Notes: generated by a model from the sequence alone, not told the origin. Counted from the first letter of the whole stretch, positions 12,774 to 25,379 are shown. The stretch is 63,092 nucleotides of DNA, filler included, from Stramenopiles sp. TOSAG23-6 (GCA_900128565.1; 10 parts of 10 records of this genome joined end to end with filler, not necessarily neighbours in it), one strand, 5' to 3'. Made by a program: numbers and translations.

Positions 12774-15700
12774 ATGATATCATTGGTCAATAATCTTAAT
12801 AATGTTTCATATTTTTGAGATATTTTTGATGTTGCACAGGAAAGAAATAACTTTTCAATGGCCATGAGAGATTGGTATACTTTTGCATCTTTTTGAGATT
12901 GAGTACTTATATCATCATCATCCATATTTTCAACATCATTTACATTTAACTCAGTATCTACTTCAGTGAGTAAAATATCTTTAATACCAAAGATGGATGT
13001 CTGTACATATTTGGTACAAGATAATAATGCGTCAGGTCTAGCATCGATCAATATACCAATTAATTGGGCAGCAGCAAGTCTCAATTTATCTTGTTGAGAT
13101 GAAATCCATTTCATTACAAATTCAATCATTTCTTCTGCTTTTTGAAGAGAACACTTTCTCAGTAATAAATTCAAGGTATTTGATATCATACGCCGACAAT
13201 CTGAGTTATGTATTTTGGAAAAATATTTCAAACAAAATCTAAAAAATATTGTTAGGTACAAATTTTTTTTGAAAAAAATAAATTCGATTTTTTTTTTTTT
13301 TCGGTAAAAAAAAAAAAAAATAAATAAAACATACATTATCATTGACAAGTCGTAAAACAAGAGGAAGAAACAATAACCCTGATTGATCATCAATTAGTTC
13401 TTTTGGAAACTTTTGAATAATTTTACCTAGAAATTTTAATAATGATAGTCGACCTGTATCGTAGGGAAATGATAAATTTTTCATTACATGATCAATATGA
13501 TTTTGTAATCGTTTCTTGCCTAATGGAAATAAAATTAAGTATAACATCAAAACTTCAGAACATGAAGAACGGATTATATCATGCTGTGACGTCACCATAC
13601 AATCCTGTAACTGTTCCATCAGAGTATACATCTCAACCGTCACAGTTTTTCTCTTGACTAGAGTTTTAATTAACTCAAAAGATGCTTTTTGTTTTTTTGG
13701 TATTTGAATACCCGACGATAGTAAATCAATCAAACACGATATTTGATTTGGGGTCAAAGTATAGTCTGAATGATGGCGTAGTAGAACACTAAGTGTGTGA
13801 AAACAACCTTGTGCCAAGTCAGCTTCTGCTGCTGCACCAAAATGGCCCAATACAGATAATAATCTGTTTACAATTCGAGGCATGAAAGACGGTAATGAAG
13901 GTAATTTCCACGAACTTAGTAATGACAGACATTTCATACTGAGCAACATTAATTGATCATTTTTTGTTCGATCACAACAACGTGTTAATAATCCAAGAAT
14001 TGGATCCAATAGAGATAAATGTGATACATCATTTCGCTGTAATTTACCTTTTTTAAGAAAGGAATATAAAGCTAATAAGGCATACTCTACAACAACATAC
14101 TCATTTGCAGTAGCATAAGAGTGGTCGATGCCACGTGTCGTTAAACATTTACCACCAGTCAACCTTGGCTCGGGCAATACTTCATAATTATCAGCTTTAT
14201 GACCATTACTTAATTTCATCTTTGAAGTTGTATCATCTGTATTGACTAACCATTTTTCGACTTCTACATTACCTTTTCCAGATTCAATTTTCATTCGACG
14301 TTTTGTTGTTGCTTTTGTATACCCAGATACAATTTTTTGTAAATAAATCATTAGATGAGGAATTTCTACACTATTATTTTGTACTAATCCTAAAGTAGCT
14401 CTTCGAAAAAGTTCTCTTATTTTGTTAATCGTTTTTTTGTCAACAGTTTCATTTAATTTTTCGCGAAGTGGTGTAAGAACAACATGAACGGCATCTGAAG
14501 GAAGAAATTGCATTGAAGTGAATAAAATTTCAAATGTGTCAAAACTTTTACACGTTTTGACTTCACGCATTTGACGATGAGCATTTGAAACACCTGAATC
14601 AATTTCCTTTTGAATCGATGCCTGGCCAAAAATATCTTCTAACACAGTAGCTAATACAGTAGGAATTATTCGCCATATTACCGAGTGATCCATTGGAACT
14701 TCTTTCGCGTCAAGAGCCTCATAAAACTCTTCAGGATGGAGTTTACTTTCAGAATCATCATCACCACGTTCCTGACGCCATTTCAGTCTTTGATCTTTCC
14801 GAAATTGTTGTTGTTCATTCATTTCAATAATACTTTTCTTCATTAATTCAGTCTCAGGTTGAAGTAAAGATTTATCATAGAGATTACGAAGTACTGCATG
14901 TAGCGTATATCCCATAATGTGTACCATATAACCCTTATTCAAAGCATCATGTAATTGTTCAACAATCATTGGAAGCTTTTGCAAACCAATCAAACACGAA
15001 ATTTCCACCAACACATTTCGTGCTTCATCTCTTGCGTGTTGTGCTTTAACACGTAACACACGGCATACAGATCTTGTTAATTGAGATATCGATGGATCAC
15101 ATATTGCACTTGGTAATTGCATAAGTAAACGAGTGAGTGCTAATGCAATCGGTGTTCGTACAGTTACTTGCGTCAAATCACTATTATGTCCCTCACCTCG
15201 ACTTACTACACGGCGTATTAATTGCTTTTGTAATGGGGGGAGTAGACGAACTTGGATTGCACGTAATATAGATTGAATGGATACACATTTTGATGTTCCA
15301 ATAGTAGCATCTGTTTCTGTTTCAATCGTAGCATCGAAATCACTTTTGATATTTTTAGGTACAAAAACATGAAAGCCGTCAAGCATCGCACATATTGCAC
15401 GAATCAAAACCTTTTCAGAATTTGGTTTTCTTGGAACTTCTTCAATTAATTTAGTAATTTCTGAAATATATTTAGACCAACTCAAACGCTGAGATAAAGG
15501 TGTTAACACTCGAATTGCTTCCTCTCTAAGATCTGCTTTTATTGAAGTTTCACTTTCGCGAACTTTGGCTAATACTAAAGGTAACAAAATGTGTACCACA
15601 GTGAATGGTTTCAAGTCAAGTGAACCTAATGAGCCTTTATCCCCTGCTTGAACACGTAATCTCTGTAAAGCCTTCACCTGTCTATGAGCTTGAACATGAG

Positions 15701-18700
15701 TCATATTCAAGAAAAAATCCTGTTCAGGATCTATATGCTGCAACTGCTTTAAATCAGTATGCATTGCAGGATGACAATCAGCAGGAAAATGAGACACAAC
15801 ATCTGACAATAACAACAACATTGAATGGCGAACAATAGGCTTTACAAATTGACCTGAAAATGTTGCTCTAATACCTGGCATCACTGTAGTTAGCATTAAT
15901 CTATTACAATGAAAATTGGATACTTTTGTAGATAAAAACTTGACAGACAAACTCAGCATCCGATGAGCATATTGGCGAATAAGCATTTCATCATTATGTA
16001 TATCAAACATACACTGACTTAATATAACTTGCAGGAGGATTTGTTGATTGTTTTCTCGCATGCCAATTTCACATAATTCAATTATTGTATCTGGAATCTC
16101 AATTTTCTTTTCTTTGCATTTAGAAATCTTTTTTAATGTTTTTGAATTTTCATTAATAGGTTTTTTTATATGACTATTTTCTTGATTTTGTTGAATTGAT
16201 GTTTTCGTCAATATGTCATACACTTTACCACGCTTTACAAAATTAAGTTCTTCTAGACCTTCCCAGCTATTTAGATCAGAAATGAATGAAGAAACAGTAG
16301 TAAACCAAGTCATATCAGATCTTTTTCCAATAGTAGAAAATACATCCACTAATAATTGACGTGTTACACGATCGTCATATCCACACATACTTGCAGCAGG
16401 ACCAAGTAATGTCGCAAACAAGCCAATGTGTGACATGATTACACATTTTGGAACAATAGACACTAAGGATAGCAAGACTCGTAAAACATTGTTTTTGATT
16501 GCTATAGTTGCACGAGCAGCAGGGCGTAAAAAGGGTACAATTAGTTTTACTAATGGGGCAGCAATTGTCGAGGATTTGATATACTTACTAATCTGTGATA
16601 AGATTGCTAATGCACGAGGAGCAAAAGGTGACTTCACAATTCGTTTATCACTTCCACCGAAACGGCTTGTGAAACATGTCAATATTTTTGGAATATATGA
16701 ACGTAATAAACCTTCTGTACTTGTTGCTTTTGACGTTTGAGGTAGTAAATGTTCTACAATACTCAATACAGCTGAAACGACGCTTTCACTGACATCTTCA
16801 CAGAGACAATCTAATGCTGCACTTAAAGGGCATATTTCATTTTGAACATTTTCATCTATTTTTTCATCGTCAACGTTTTCATCTACATTTTTATACTTAT
16901 ACACCAACATATTCGAGACGTCCTCATGCTGACTAGCCAAAACTTGAATAAAGTTCAATAATGCTGAAGGTTTAGTAGCCCCAATGAGTGAAGAAGACAA
17001 ATTTTCAACACTACTTTGTAATGCATTCATATATATTTTGTACCAAAATGACCAATTGTAATCCGGATAGGTTTCAATAATAATCGACATTACATTGATA
17101 CATAAAGAACGCAATTGTCTTCCATCTCTACCAGTAATATTTGAACTAATGCATTGTAGACCAATGATTGCTGGTAACACAACATGTAATTTTGGTCGAA
17201 ATTTTTGTCCAAATTGTTTTACCATATCAATACATAAATTAAGAAATCCAATACGCCTTGCACGACTTACACCATTGTTATATACATTTGCTTGTGCTAC
17301 TTCAATTACACTTGACACACGGTCTTCAACATCTTTGACGCTGACAGGAAATGAAACGTTATCACAAGTATCAAATACAAATAGGTTTTCTTCTTTCGAT
17401 GAAGATAAATTCGAAATTCGTACAGGATAAAAAGGACGAATGGCATGACTTGCAATAAATCCCAACTCTTTCGGTTTTAATGTAGACAAATACGCGAGAA
17501 CTGCATTACGACGATTTGATACACTTTCCTTCGCTTTCATTTTTCGTTCAATAATTCTACCCATCAACAACCGAACAATGATTGGAATAATTCCATTGCG
17601 ATATATATCTGGTATACTTCCACACAAACCTGCTTCATTTTCTGGTTCAAGTTTTAAAGTTCGCATTTCATCTTTCCACGTGTCACGATTAGATAGTCTT
17701 AGTAATGCAGAACTATATTGATTTAAACTACCTTGTTTAAAAGCTAAAACACATTTTAAAGCAGAGGAAGATATTTCAGATTTACCTAATAAAATTACAC
17801 AAGATCTATGTAATCTCCTGGATTCATAATTACCCTTTAAATTTTGAAAAGTCGAAAATAGTTCTAGAAATGCAGCAATGCGTTCATTAGTGCTTTTTAT
17901 GCTTACACCATTATGTACATCATTATTATCCTCATCATCATCATCAGAAGTCTTAGCAAATGTTTTGTTCATCATTTGGTTTGACATAAACGTTTTAATT
18001 ATTTCTTTTTCTGAAATTTCATTTTGTGTAGAAATTGATAACAATTCCCAAGCATCAGGATCATTTTGAAATGATATATTACTATATTCACAAGCAATGC
18101 ATCGAAAAAATAACGAAATTAAAAATTTGTTTTTAGATTCTGCTAAAGTTGGCATGCCTTGTAGTAGTTGTAATAGTAAAGACAATTTTTTACTAGGACC
18201 CGTAGGATCAGTATCAACAAACACGAAACCAGCGACTGACGATGAACGTAAAGCACGATTAAATGAAGAAAATAATGAAATCACATTTTTCGTGTTTTTC
18301 GTATTGAATATTTCATCTTTTGATCTCTGACCAGTTAGTTTTGCACGTAAATTTCGACGTTTTCGATTCTCATGTTCAACAAGTTGTTTCGTTTTAACTG
18401 TGTGATCCTGATTTATTTGATTCATATTACATAAAATGTCAAGATTTTCAAGATTTTCAAGATTTTCTCTTTCTTTTTGTACATCCATTGAAGACTGACC
18501 ATACCCACCACCCAATTCCTGCTCAAATATAGCACGTGTCAATTGACGAGCAGCAAGCGGCCACAATAGGCTAGTTACTTTTGGTGTATTCGATACACTT
18601 GAAAATATACTTTTTATAGTTGGCCAAATTCGATTGTATCTGACATTAAATAGACCAATAAAATGTTGTAATGCAAAACGAACGTATATACGAGGCAAGC

Positions 18701-18896
18701 GACTGTTCTGCAAATACACTTTAATATGTTCCATTCTTGCTCTTACGTCACGATCGCTTTCAAAATCTCTTGATTTTCTTTCGATGAATAATAATTGTTC
18801 AAATAAAAGACATTCTGTCCCAGGAATATTTCGTGTTGTACTATTTTCAGAATTATTTTCAGAATTATTTTCAGAATTATTTTCAGAATTATTTTC
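12774..18896 (-). CDS. UTP20: UTP20, redundant contig copy 3
   Basis: Identical ORF translations, offset +12664. Confidence 0.85.
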
Positions 18897-18996
18897 NNNN
18901 NNNNNNNNNNNNNNNNNNNNNNNNNNNNNNNNNNNNNNNNTTAATTAATTAANNNNNNNNNNNNNNNNNNNNNNNNNNNNNNNNNNNNNNNNNNNN

Positions 18997-19175
18997 TGTT
19001 CTTGTTCAAGACGTAATCTTTCAGCTTCAGCCTTCTGTTGTTGTTCAAGACGTAATTTTTCAGCCTCGTCTTTTTGTTTTTGTTCGAGACGTAATCTTTC
19101 AACCTCATCTTTTTGTTCTTGTTCAAGACGCAATCTTTCAGCTTCATCTTTCTGTTCTTGTTCAAGACGTGATTT
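18997..19175 (-). repeat. 39-bp coding repeat (EQEQKDEAERLRL-like), coiled coil
   Basis: Repeated 13-aa unit running into the contig end. Confidence 0.8.
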
Positions 19176-22100
19176 TCTTTCCTCTATTTCGTTTTTGCGG
19201 CGTATAATTTCAGCTTTCTCTCGAGAACTTTGCACTTCTGTTGTTTTTACATCTCTTTCATTTTGAAGTTGTTTCACATTACACATATTGCCATTGCAAA
19301 CTTTCTCTTGAAACAATGGGAGATGTCCATCCTCAACTTTGTTACCTAAAGACCCTGAAATCGATCCATTTGCTTTAGATGTTTCATTCCAATTATACAG
19401 ATCTCCATTTGAGTCCATAAAACCACGAATAAGTTGTTTTGATTGAGGCGGTTCATCTGGTAATACTATGAATGCAGACTGTATATCGGTAACAGCTTGA
19501 CCTAAATCAACACCATCTTCTAAATTACGGCTAGTATATGCTATTGCTAATAAGTCTCCCTTGTTTACTTTAGTGTGTCGTTTGGCTCTCAGTGTTATAC
19601 CTGCGGAGTAATCAATAATATCACCAGCAAAGCGACGACCACTTCCTAAATTTACTGAAATCTCGCCTAATTTTTTTGTATCAATTTTGTGTATATATCC
19701 AGAATAAAGACTAATTACATCAGCTTCAAATTGAGGAATATGGATTCTCTGCCTCAAGGTTGTTTCTTTGTACGATCGTTTTACAATATGATTCGGAATT
19801 GATAATGGCGGGAAAATATTCTCAGAGTTAGGTGAAATATCTATAAACACTCTTGAATCGCCCCCTTGATCAACAACCATGGAAAGGAAACGTTGTGCAG
19901 CACGGCCATCTAGTAGCGCTTCTTCCGCAAGCTTATATCCCAACTGAAAATCATCTGTCTGTTTTGATGCGACTAGCATTTGCGCTGCAAGAGTAAGTAC
20001 TAAATGCACAAGATCAGGCGACCCATTTCCCTGTAAAGTCGCCCAAGCTTCTTCTACCTCTGACCAATTCCCAATAGCATTACCCAATGGTTGATCCATA
20101 TCAGTGAAAAGTACAGTTGTTTTTACTCCAGCAGCATGACCAGCCGATACCATGCACTTTGCAAGTTTTATCGCATCATGCTTATTAGGGAGGATAGCTC
20201 CATTTCCAATCTTAACATCCAAAACAATTGCACTTGCACCACCTGCTAGCTTTTTACTCATTATAGAACTACAAAGAAGAGCCAAACTTGGTGCTGTACC
20301 AGTCGCATCCCGAATCTCATAAATCGCTTTTTCAGCAGGGGCTACTTCTGCAATGGGTGATATAATTCCAACCCCTGAACTTCGTAAAATTTTGGTGAAT
20401 TCAAAATAATCTAGATCAGTATTGAAACCTGGTATGGAATTAAGTTTGTCGATAGTACCTCCCATATGGGAAAGACCTTTGTTAGATATCAATGGAACAA
20501 CTACACCGAGAGAAGCAGCAAGTGGAGCAAGAATTAAACTTGCTTTATCACCAACACCACCAGTGCTATGTTTATCTACAGTATTTATTTGTTCAAGCTC
20601 AACTCGCTTGCCGCTGTCAATATAGGCGTCAGTGAGATCTGCTATTTCTGAATTTGTCATTCCTACAAGTTGAATAGTCATTAAAAAGGCACTCATTTGA
20701 TTTTCAGTAACCGACCCATCCATAAATCCAGTAATAACATTATTTACGTCTTTTGCTGATAACACCTTACCGTCTCTCTTCTTTGCAATGACCTCACTCA
20801 TTGAGAATCGTATTATTTCTTTTTTATTTTCTTTCTCATTGTTCTCTGTCATTTCATTGCAGATAATTGCAGGAGGTGCTGGGAATCCGCCTCCTTTTCG
20901 AAAATTAAGATGTGCCACAATGTTCTTTAGTTGAGTATCGTCAATTTGAAAATAAGGACATAACTCATATTCTAGAATTTGAGTTTGTGATACCGAAGTA
21001 TTAGGAAAAACCGCGCCTGCTTTTAAAAGTTTTTGATTATAAACATCTAGAAGGATACTACTTGACGTTTTAATAGAATTTTCCACAGCAGTCTTGCTCC
21101 AATTACTATGTACAGGCGCATACTCACCATTAACACCATACCTTTCAACGTACAAGGCCACAGCATTATCAGCAAATCGAATTGCGTCGCCTATAACACG
21201 TTCATACTTAAAACCATTCAGCTTTGTTGGGGGAGTTTTTACCGCACCATCTTTACTAATGGTACCAATTCCAACTGGAACTTTGTGATAGTATAATTCA
21301 TCAGAATGGTCTAACATTTTCTTCGCAAAGTTGTTACTTAAATAAATATTTGTAATATCTTGCTTATCATATTCAAGATTTGTTACTTTAGCTTTGGGTG
21401 TGTTAAAAAGACTCTCATTTTTCAATCTACCCAAAAATTGGTTTTCGAGTGATTCAGATGTACTATATATAGAATAATTGAAACCAGAACCATCCTTATG
21501 TAAAACACCTGAAATATCACCATTATCACGAACTCTTCGAACAACTTTGAATCCAATATCCATGTATTTTGGCAAAATATTTCAAAAAAAAATCGTTAGG
21601 TACACAATTTCGTACGAAAAAAAATAAATTCGAAATTAAAATTGAAATGAAAACGTACATATTACGCTCAATATTTAATCCTATAAAAATCGGGTCGGCA
21701 ATTCGAGTTAAAGCATTGTCAGCAGAAAACAGAAATAAATGTTCAACGCCTGCTCTTTCCCATTGCAAGTCAATTGCATGTTTCTTCATCGCCGCAAAGA
21801 CTGCACCATGGCCATCAGGACTCATAGCGATACTACCATCTAGGTTATAAACAGGCATACCGTCTATGCCTACACAGGGTAATTGCGTCTGTTCAAAAAA
21901 ACGAACTTGGGCACTATCTAAGCCAAAGAACTTATTGTCTTCAAAGAAATCACGTGTTTTCCTTGAAGAACTAACACTTGTCATAATAAAAAAAGGAATG
22001 GCTGGGGTAAGAAGCATTGTCTGTAAATGAAGAAGCTGTTTAGCATACAATCCAAACAAACTTGTTTTTGAAGGTATTTCTAATGCAAGCATTCCTTTTG

Positions 22101-22425
22101 GGAGATCATCACTACAACCAGTGCCTAAGCCTTCCGCCAACAGAACTACTCCTAGCTTACCCTTTCTTAAAATATCTTCACCAAGACTTCGCCAACGCCA
22201 ACGATCTTCTAGTTCAGCGTGTGCTAAAGAAATGACGTTAGTAAAGTGAGATATTGATGTTGGTAGTTTCTCAACTATTTTGAGCTTTCGTAGCTGACTT
22301 TGGAGTTTATTAGGATCCCGTAGTGCATTTGCCAATCCAGAAAAGTCCAAAATACTATTAAAAAATAGTGTTTGTAAAAGTATAAAGACAGCCAGTTGTC
22401 CTCCATGAAAAAAAAATGCCCTCAT
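18997..22425 (-). CDS. Fusion protein: signal-peptide-like N-terminus + UDP-GlcNAc pyrophosphorylase-like (UDPGP family) domain + pyrimidine-nucleoside/thymidine phosphorylase domain + coiled-coil repeat; exons 22425-21659 and 21561-18997 (3' partial)
   Basis: UAP-like motifs GVVLLAEGLGT, PKG, IPFFIMTS, FFEQ, SPDGHG, DNAL..ADPIFIG; junction gives ERNM-DIGFKVV. PyNP motifs VDKHSTGGVGDK, GGTIDKL, SSIMSKKLAGG, LDVKIGNGA, DMDQPLG. Confidence 0.8.
21562..21658 (-). other. GT-AT intron, 97 nt, phase 2
   Basis: AAT AT|GTACGTTTT..TTTCGTACGAAATTGTGTACCTAAC..AAATATTTTGCCAAAATACAT|G GAT. Confidence 0.85.
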
Positions 22426-22907
22426 AGTAAAGAAAAACAGATATATCACTTACGTTGATCAGGCTAGTTATCAATCAATCGATATCATGCAACCAGTGCA
22501 AAATAGTTCATCTTTACTCGATGAAAAGAAAAATATTGATATTATAACTCATAGTAAAGAACAAATATAGTAAGATATGTTTTTTTTCTTTCCATCTTAA
22601 GATTCGATCCCGGCCAACGGCCAAAGATTCGAACCGACGCGACCAAAACACGAATTCGGGAATTTTCCAAAATATGAAGTCAGTAAAATCAGTAAAATAA
22701 TAGCGTCTGGAGTCGTCGTAGAATGAATAGATTAAGCCTAGCTAGATTAATTTCATTGCACTCAATTAATTGCCATTTAAAAGTTCTGTGAAAGAAAAAT
22801 TGCATTTACATTGATAGATTATCTTTGTTCATTTAATTAGAATTGTATCTAGATTTTGTATACATTATCCTAAGTACATCTAGGATCTACACGTGTACTC
22901 TGATAAT

Positions 22908-24315
22908 ATGACTATCCAACCTTCACTTCAGTTACAATGTGAAAATTCAGACCGCAATCGTAGTGACTCTTTTAGTGGTGAATTTGAAGGACCAGAAAAA
23001 ACTTTGGAGATTGATTTTGTACAAGATTATAGAGTAGGTAATGTTCCTCTTTGTAAACTCGGAGCTCGATGCCTCCCGCGATCTGTTTGGGATGAACTTT
23101 GTGCTGCAGCAAACTGTAGTATATTGGATGTTGTGCGAGGAACTCACTTTGACTCCTATATCTTATCAGAATCTAGTTTGTTTGTTTACCCTTGGAAAGT
23201 TGTCATTAAGACATGTGGTACAACAACATTAGTAAAAACAGTCCCTATACTATTAATACATGCCAAGAAATCAAATTTAAAGGTAGAGTGGGTATGTTTC
23301 CAACGTAAAAATTATTCATTTCCTGAACGGCAGTTGCCACCTCATACGTCTTTTGCATCAGAGTGTGATTATTTAAATCAATTTTTTGATGGAGATGGTT
23401 TTGTATTAGGCCCAGTGACAAATGATCATTTTTTGTTGTATGTTGCAGACGACACAAAATGGACGACGATAGCGTCTAAAGATAGAACTATTCAATTACT
23501 AATGTACGACTTGCATGAAGAAGCTGCAAAAATATTTTATAAAAAATCTCATGGATCAAATGGCGCAGATGCTGTATGCAATGCTCTTGGTCTACCTTTA
23601 CTCATACCTCCTGATAAGGGGAATATTCATGGGCATATGTTTGATCCTTGTGGATATTCAATGAATGCTTTACTGGATGACGCTTACTTCACTATACATG
23701 TTACTCCTGTATGTTTTTTTTTTTTTTTTANAAAAAAATCGAAATTTTTTTTTCGTACGAAATTTTGTACCTAACAAATGTTTTTAGATTTTTTTTTGAA
23801 ATATTTTTCCAAAATACATGAGTCGCATTGTAGTTATGCGAGTTTTGAAACAAATATACAGATTCGTAATTATCAACCAATGTTGAAGCATATACTATCT
23901 GTATTTTCACCAAAACGATTTACAATGACTGTTTTTGCCGATGAAGGAGGCCTTAAAGAAATGACTTGTATGTTTTATTTTTTTTTTCAAATTTGATTTT
24001 TTTTTCGTACGAAATTTCGTACCTAACAAATTTAAGTTTTTTTTTTTTGAAATATTTTTACAAAAAACATGTCCAACAGACCTTCACTGTCTGATTGTTG
24101 AAAGTAAATATTTTTCTACGAAAACACTAGAAAGAAAAAACCCTAACCCTAAGCAAATTCATACAACAAAACCAACAAAACAAAATGTACAAACAGAAAA
24201 TACAAATTATATCAGATATTACCGGTTAAATAAATGCCATGCTGAATTTGCTTGTGATTATTCATGCTCAATGTCAAATTTTATCATGAGAAAAGACAAA
24301 GATATTTTATCATGA
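22908..24315 (+). CDS. AMD1: S-adenosylmethionine decarboxylase proenzyme; exons 22908-23708, 23820-23967, 24071-24315
   Basis: FEGPEKTLE, YILSESSLFV (pyruvoyl cleavage site), KTCGTT, FDPCGYSMN. Splicing restores TIHVTP|ESHCSYASFETN. The last exon is open to TGA at 24313-24315. Confidence 0.92.
23709..23819 (+). other. GT-AT intron, 111 nt, phase 0
   Basis: CCT|GTATGT..TACCTAAC..CCAAAATACAT|GAG; restores the conserved TPE motif. Confidence 0.9.
23968..24070 (+). other. GT-AT intron, 103 nt, phase 1
   Basis: ACT T|GTATGT..GTACGAAATTTCGTACCTAAC..ACAAAAAACAT|GT; downstream frame open. Confidence 0.8.
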
Positions 24316-24500
24316 GAAAAGACAAAGATTTATAATATAACACTAACACTAACACTACTATTTTTCAATGTCAAATTTTATCATGAGAAAAAAAAAATAT
24401 ATATAATATCTTTGTTTTAATATTTTCTGTTTCAATTATTCTCAATAAAATAGGAATATTTTACTTTAACTCGTGGCATTATTTAATTGTTTAACCCTAA

Positions 24501-25174
24501 CTAATTGTCCATTGCAAATTGTTTTTTTTCATCAGTCTCCAAGTCATCAAATTCTATGAAAATATATTTCAAAAAAAAAAATCGTTACGTACAAAATTTC
24601 ATAATATAAAAAATTTGAAATTCTCTCATGATGGAAAACATACATATAAATCACTCTTTACATTTGCCATATAGAAACGTTTTTGTAGTCTATCCCCCGG
24701 GTTTCCATTACTTTGTAAATAAATGAGAGTAAATCCTCCCACATGTTGGGTGAAAAAAATATTTTTTTTTTTTACAAAAAAAAATCGTCAGGTACAAAAT
24801 TTTGTATAAAAAAAATAAATTCGAAATTGGTAAAAAACGAATGATGAAAACGTACATTACTGTTAACGACATTTTCTAGATCTCCTTCTTGCTCCAACAT
24901 TGCACTAGGAGAATGAGATAACTTGGAGAAAGGAGATGGCCAGTACTGAAAATAAGCTACTGTTGAGGTTAGATAACCCAGTATAAAACCCATAAGAATA
25001 TATTGTGAAAAAATATTAAAAACGAAACATTTCGTTAGGTACGGAATTTTCTATGAAAACAAATGTAGGTAAAAAATTTATCATGAAAATGTACATGTTC
25101 CACCAATGATGCCTTCTATCAATTAATCGACTCAAACCTATTACAAGTGAACCTAATATTAGTGAAACACATAC
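24501..25174 (-). CDS. PAP2 / lipid phosphate phosphatase family protein, 5' partial; exons 25174-25095, 24997-24856, 24742-24644, 24548-24501 (last acceptor tentative)
   Basis: Spliced product reads GLSRLIDRRHHWWNILMGFILG, matching the PAP2 C3 motif SRxxxxxHxxxD (D replaced by N), flanked by hydrophobic helices. Confidence 0.72.
24549..24643 (-). other. Family intron, ~95 nt; acceptor TTT (alternative TAG at 24554)
   Basis: TAT|GTATGTTTT; branch variant TACGTAAC; end placed by the usual 15-nt spacing after AAATAT. Confidence 0.6.
24743..24855 (-). other. GT-AT intron, 113 nt, phase 0
   Basis: AAT|GTACGTTTT..TACCTGAC..CACCCAACAT|GTG; following 99-nt exon is open. Confidence 0.78.
24998..25094 (-). 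other. GT-AT intron, 97 nt, phase 2
   Basis: AAC AT|GTACAT..TACCTAAC..CACAATATAT|T CTT; restores the PAP2 motif. Confidence 0.82.
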
Positions 25175-25226
25175 AAGTATTGTGAAAAAATATTTCAAAA
25201 AAAAAAAACTAAAATTTGTTAGGTAC
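25175..25226 (-). other. Family intron 3' part, probable CTT acceptor
   Basis: TACCTAAC..AAATATTTTTTCACAATACTT|GTA; donor lost at contig end. Confidence 0.65.
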
Positions 25227-25326
25227 NNNNNNNNNNNNNNNNNNNNNNNNNNNNNNNNNNNNNNNNNNNNTTAATTAATTAANNNNNNNNNNNNNNNNNN
25301 NNNNNNNNNNNNNNNNNNNNNNNNNN

Positions 25327-25379
25327 TGTACCTAACAATTTTTTTTAGATTTTTTTTGAAATATTTTTCCAAAATACAT
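25327..25379 (+). other. Family intron 3' part (CAT acceptor)
   Basis: TACCTAAC..AAATATTTTTCCAAAATACAT|GTG at contig start. Confidence 0.75.

Noticed and set aside
1-18896. Apparent tandem triplication of UTP20 (and duplication 44291-56794)
   Set aside because: Copies have identical ends and are separated by artificial linkers in a length-sorted concatenation, so they are redundant contigs rather than a gene array.
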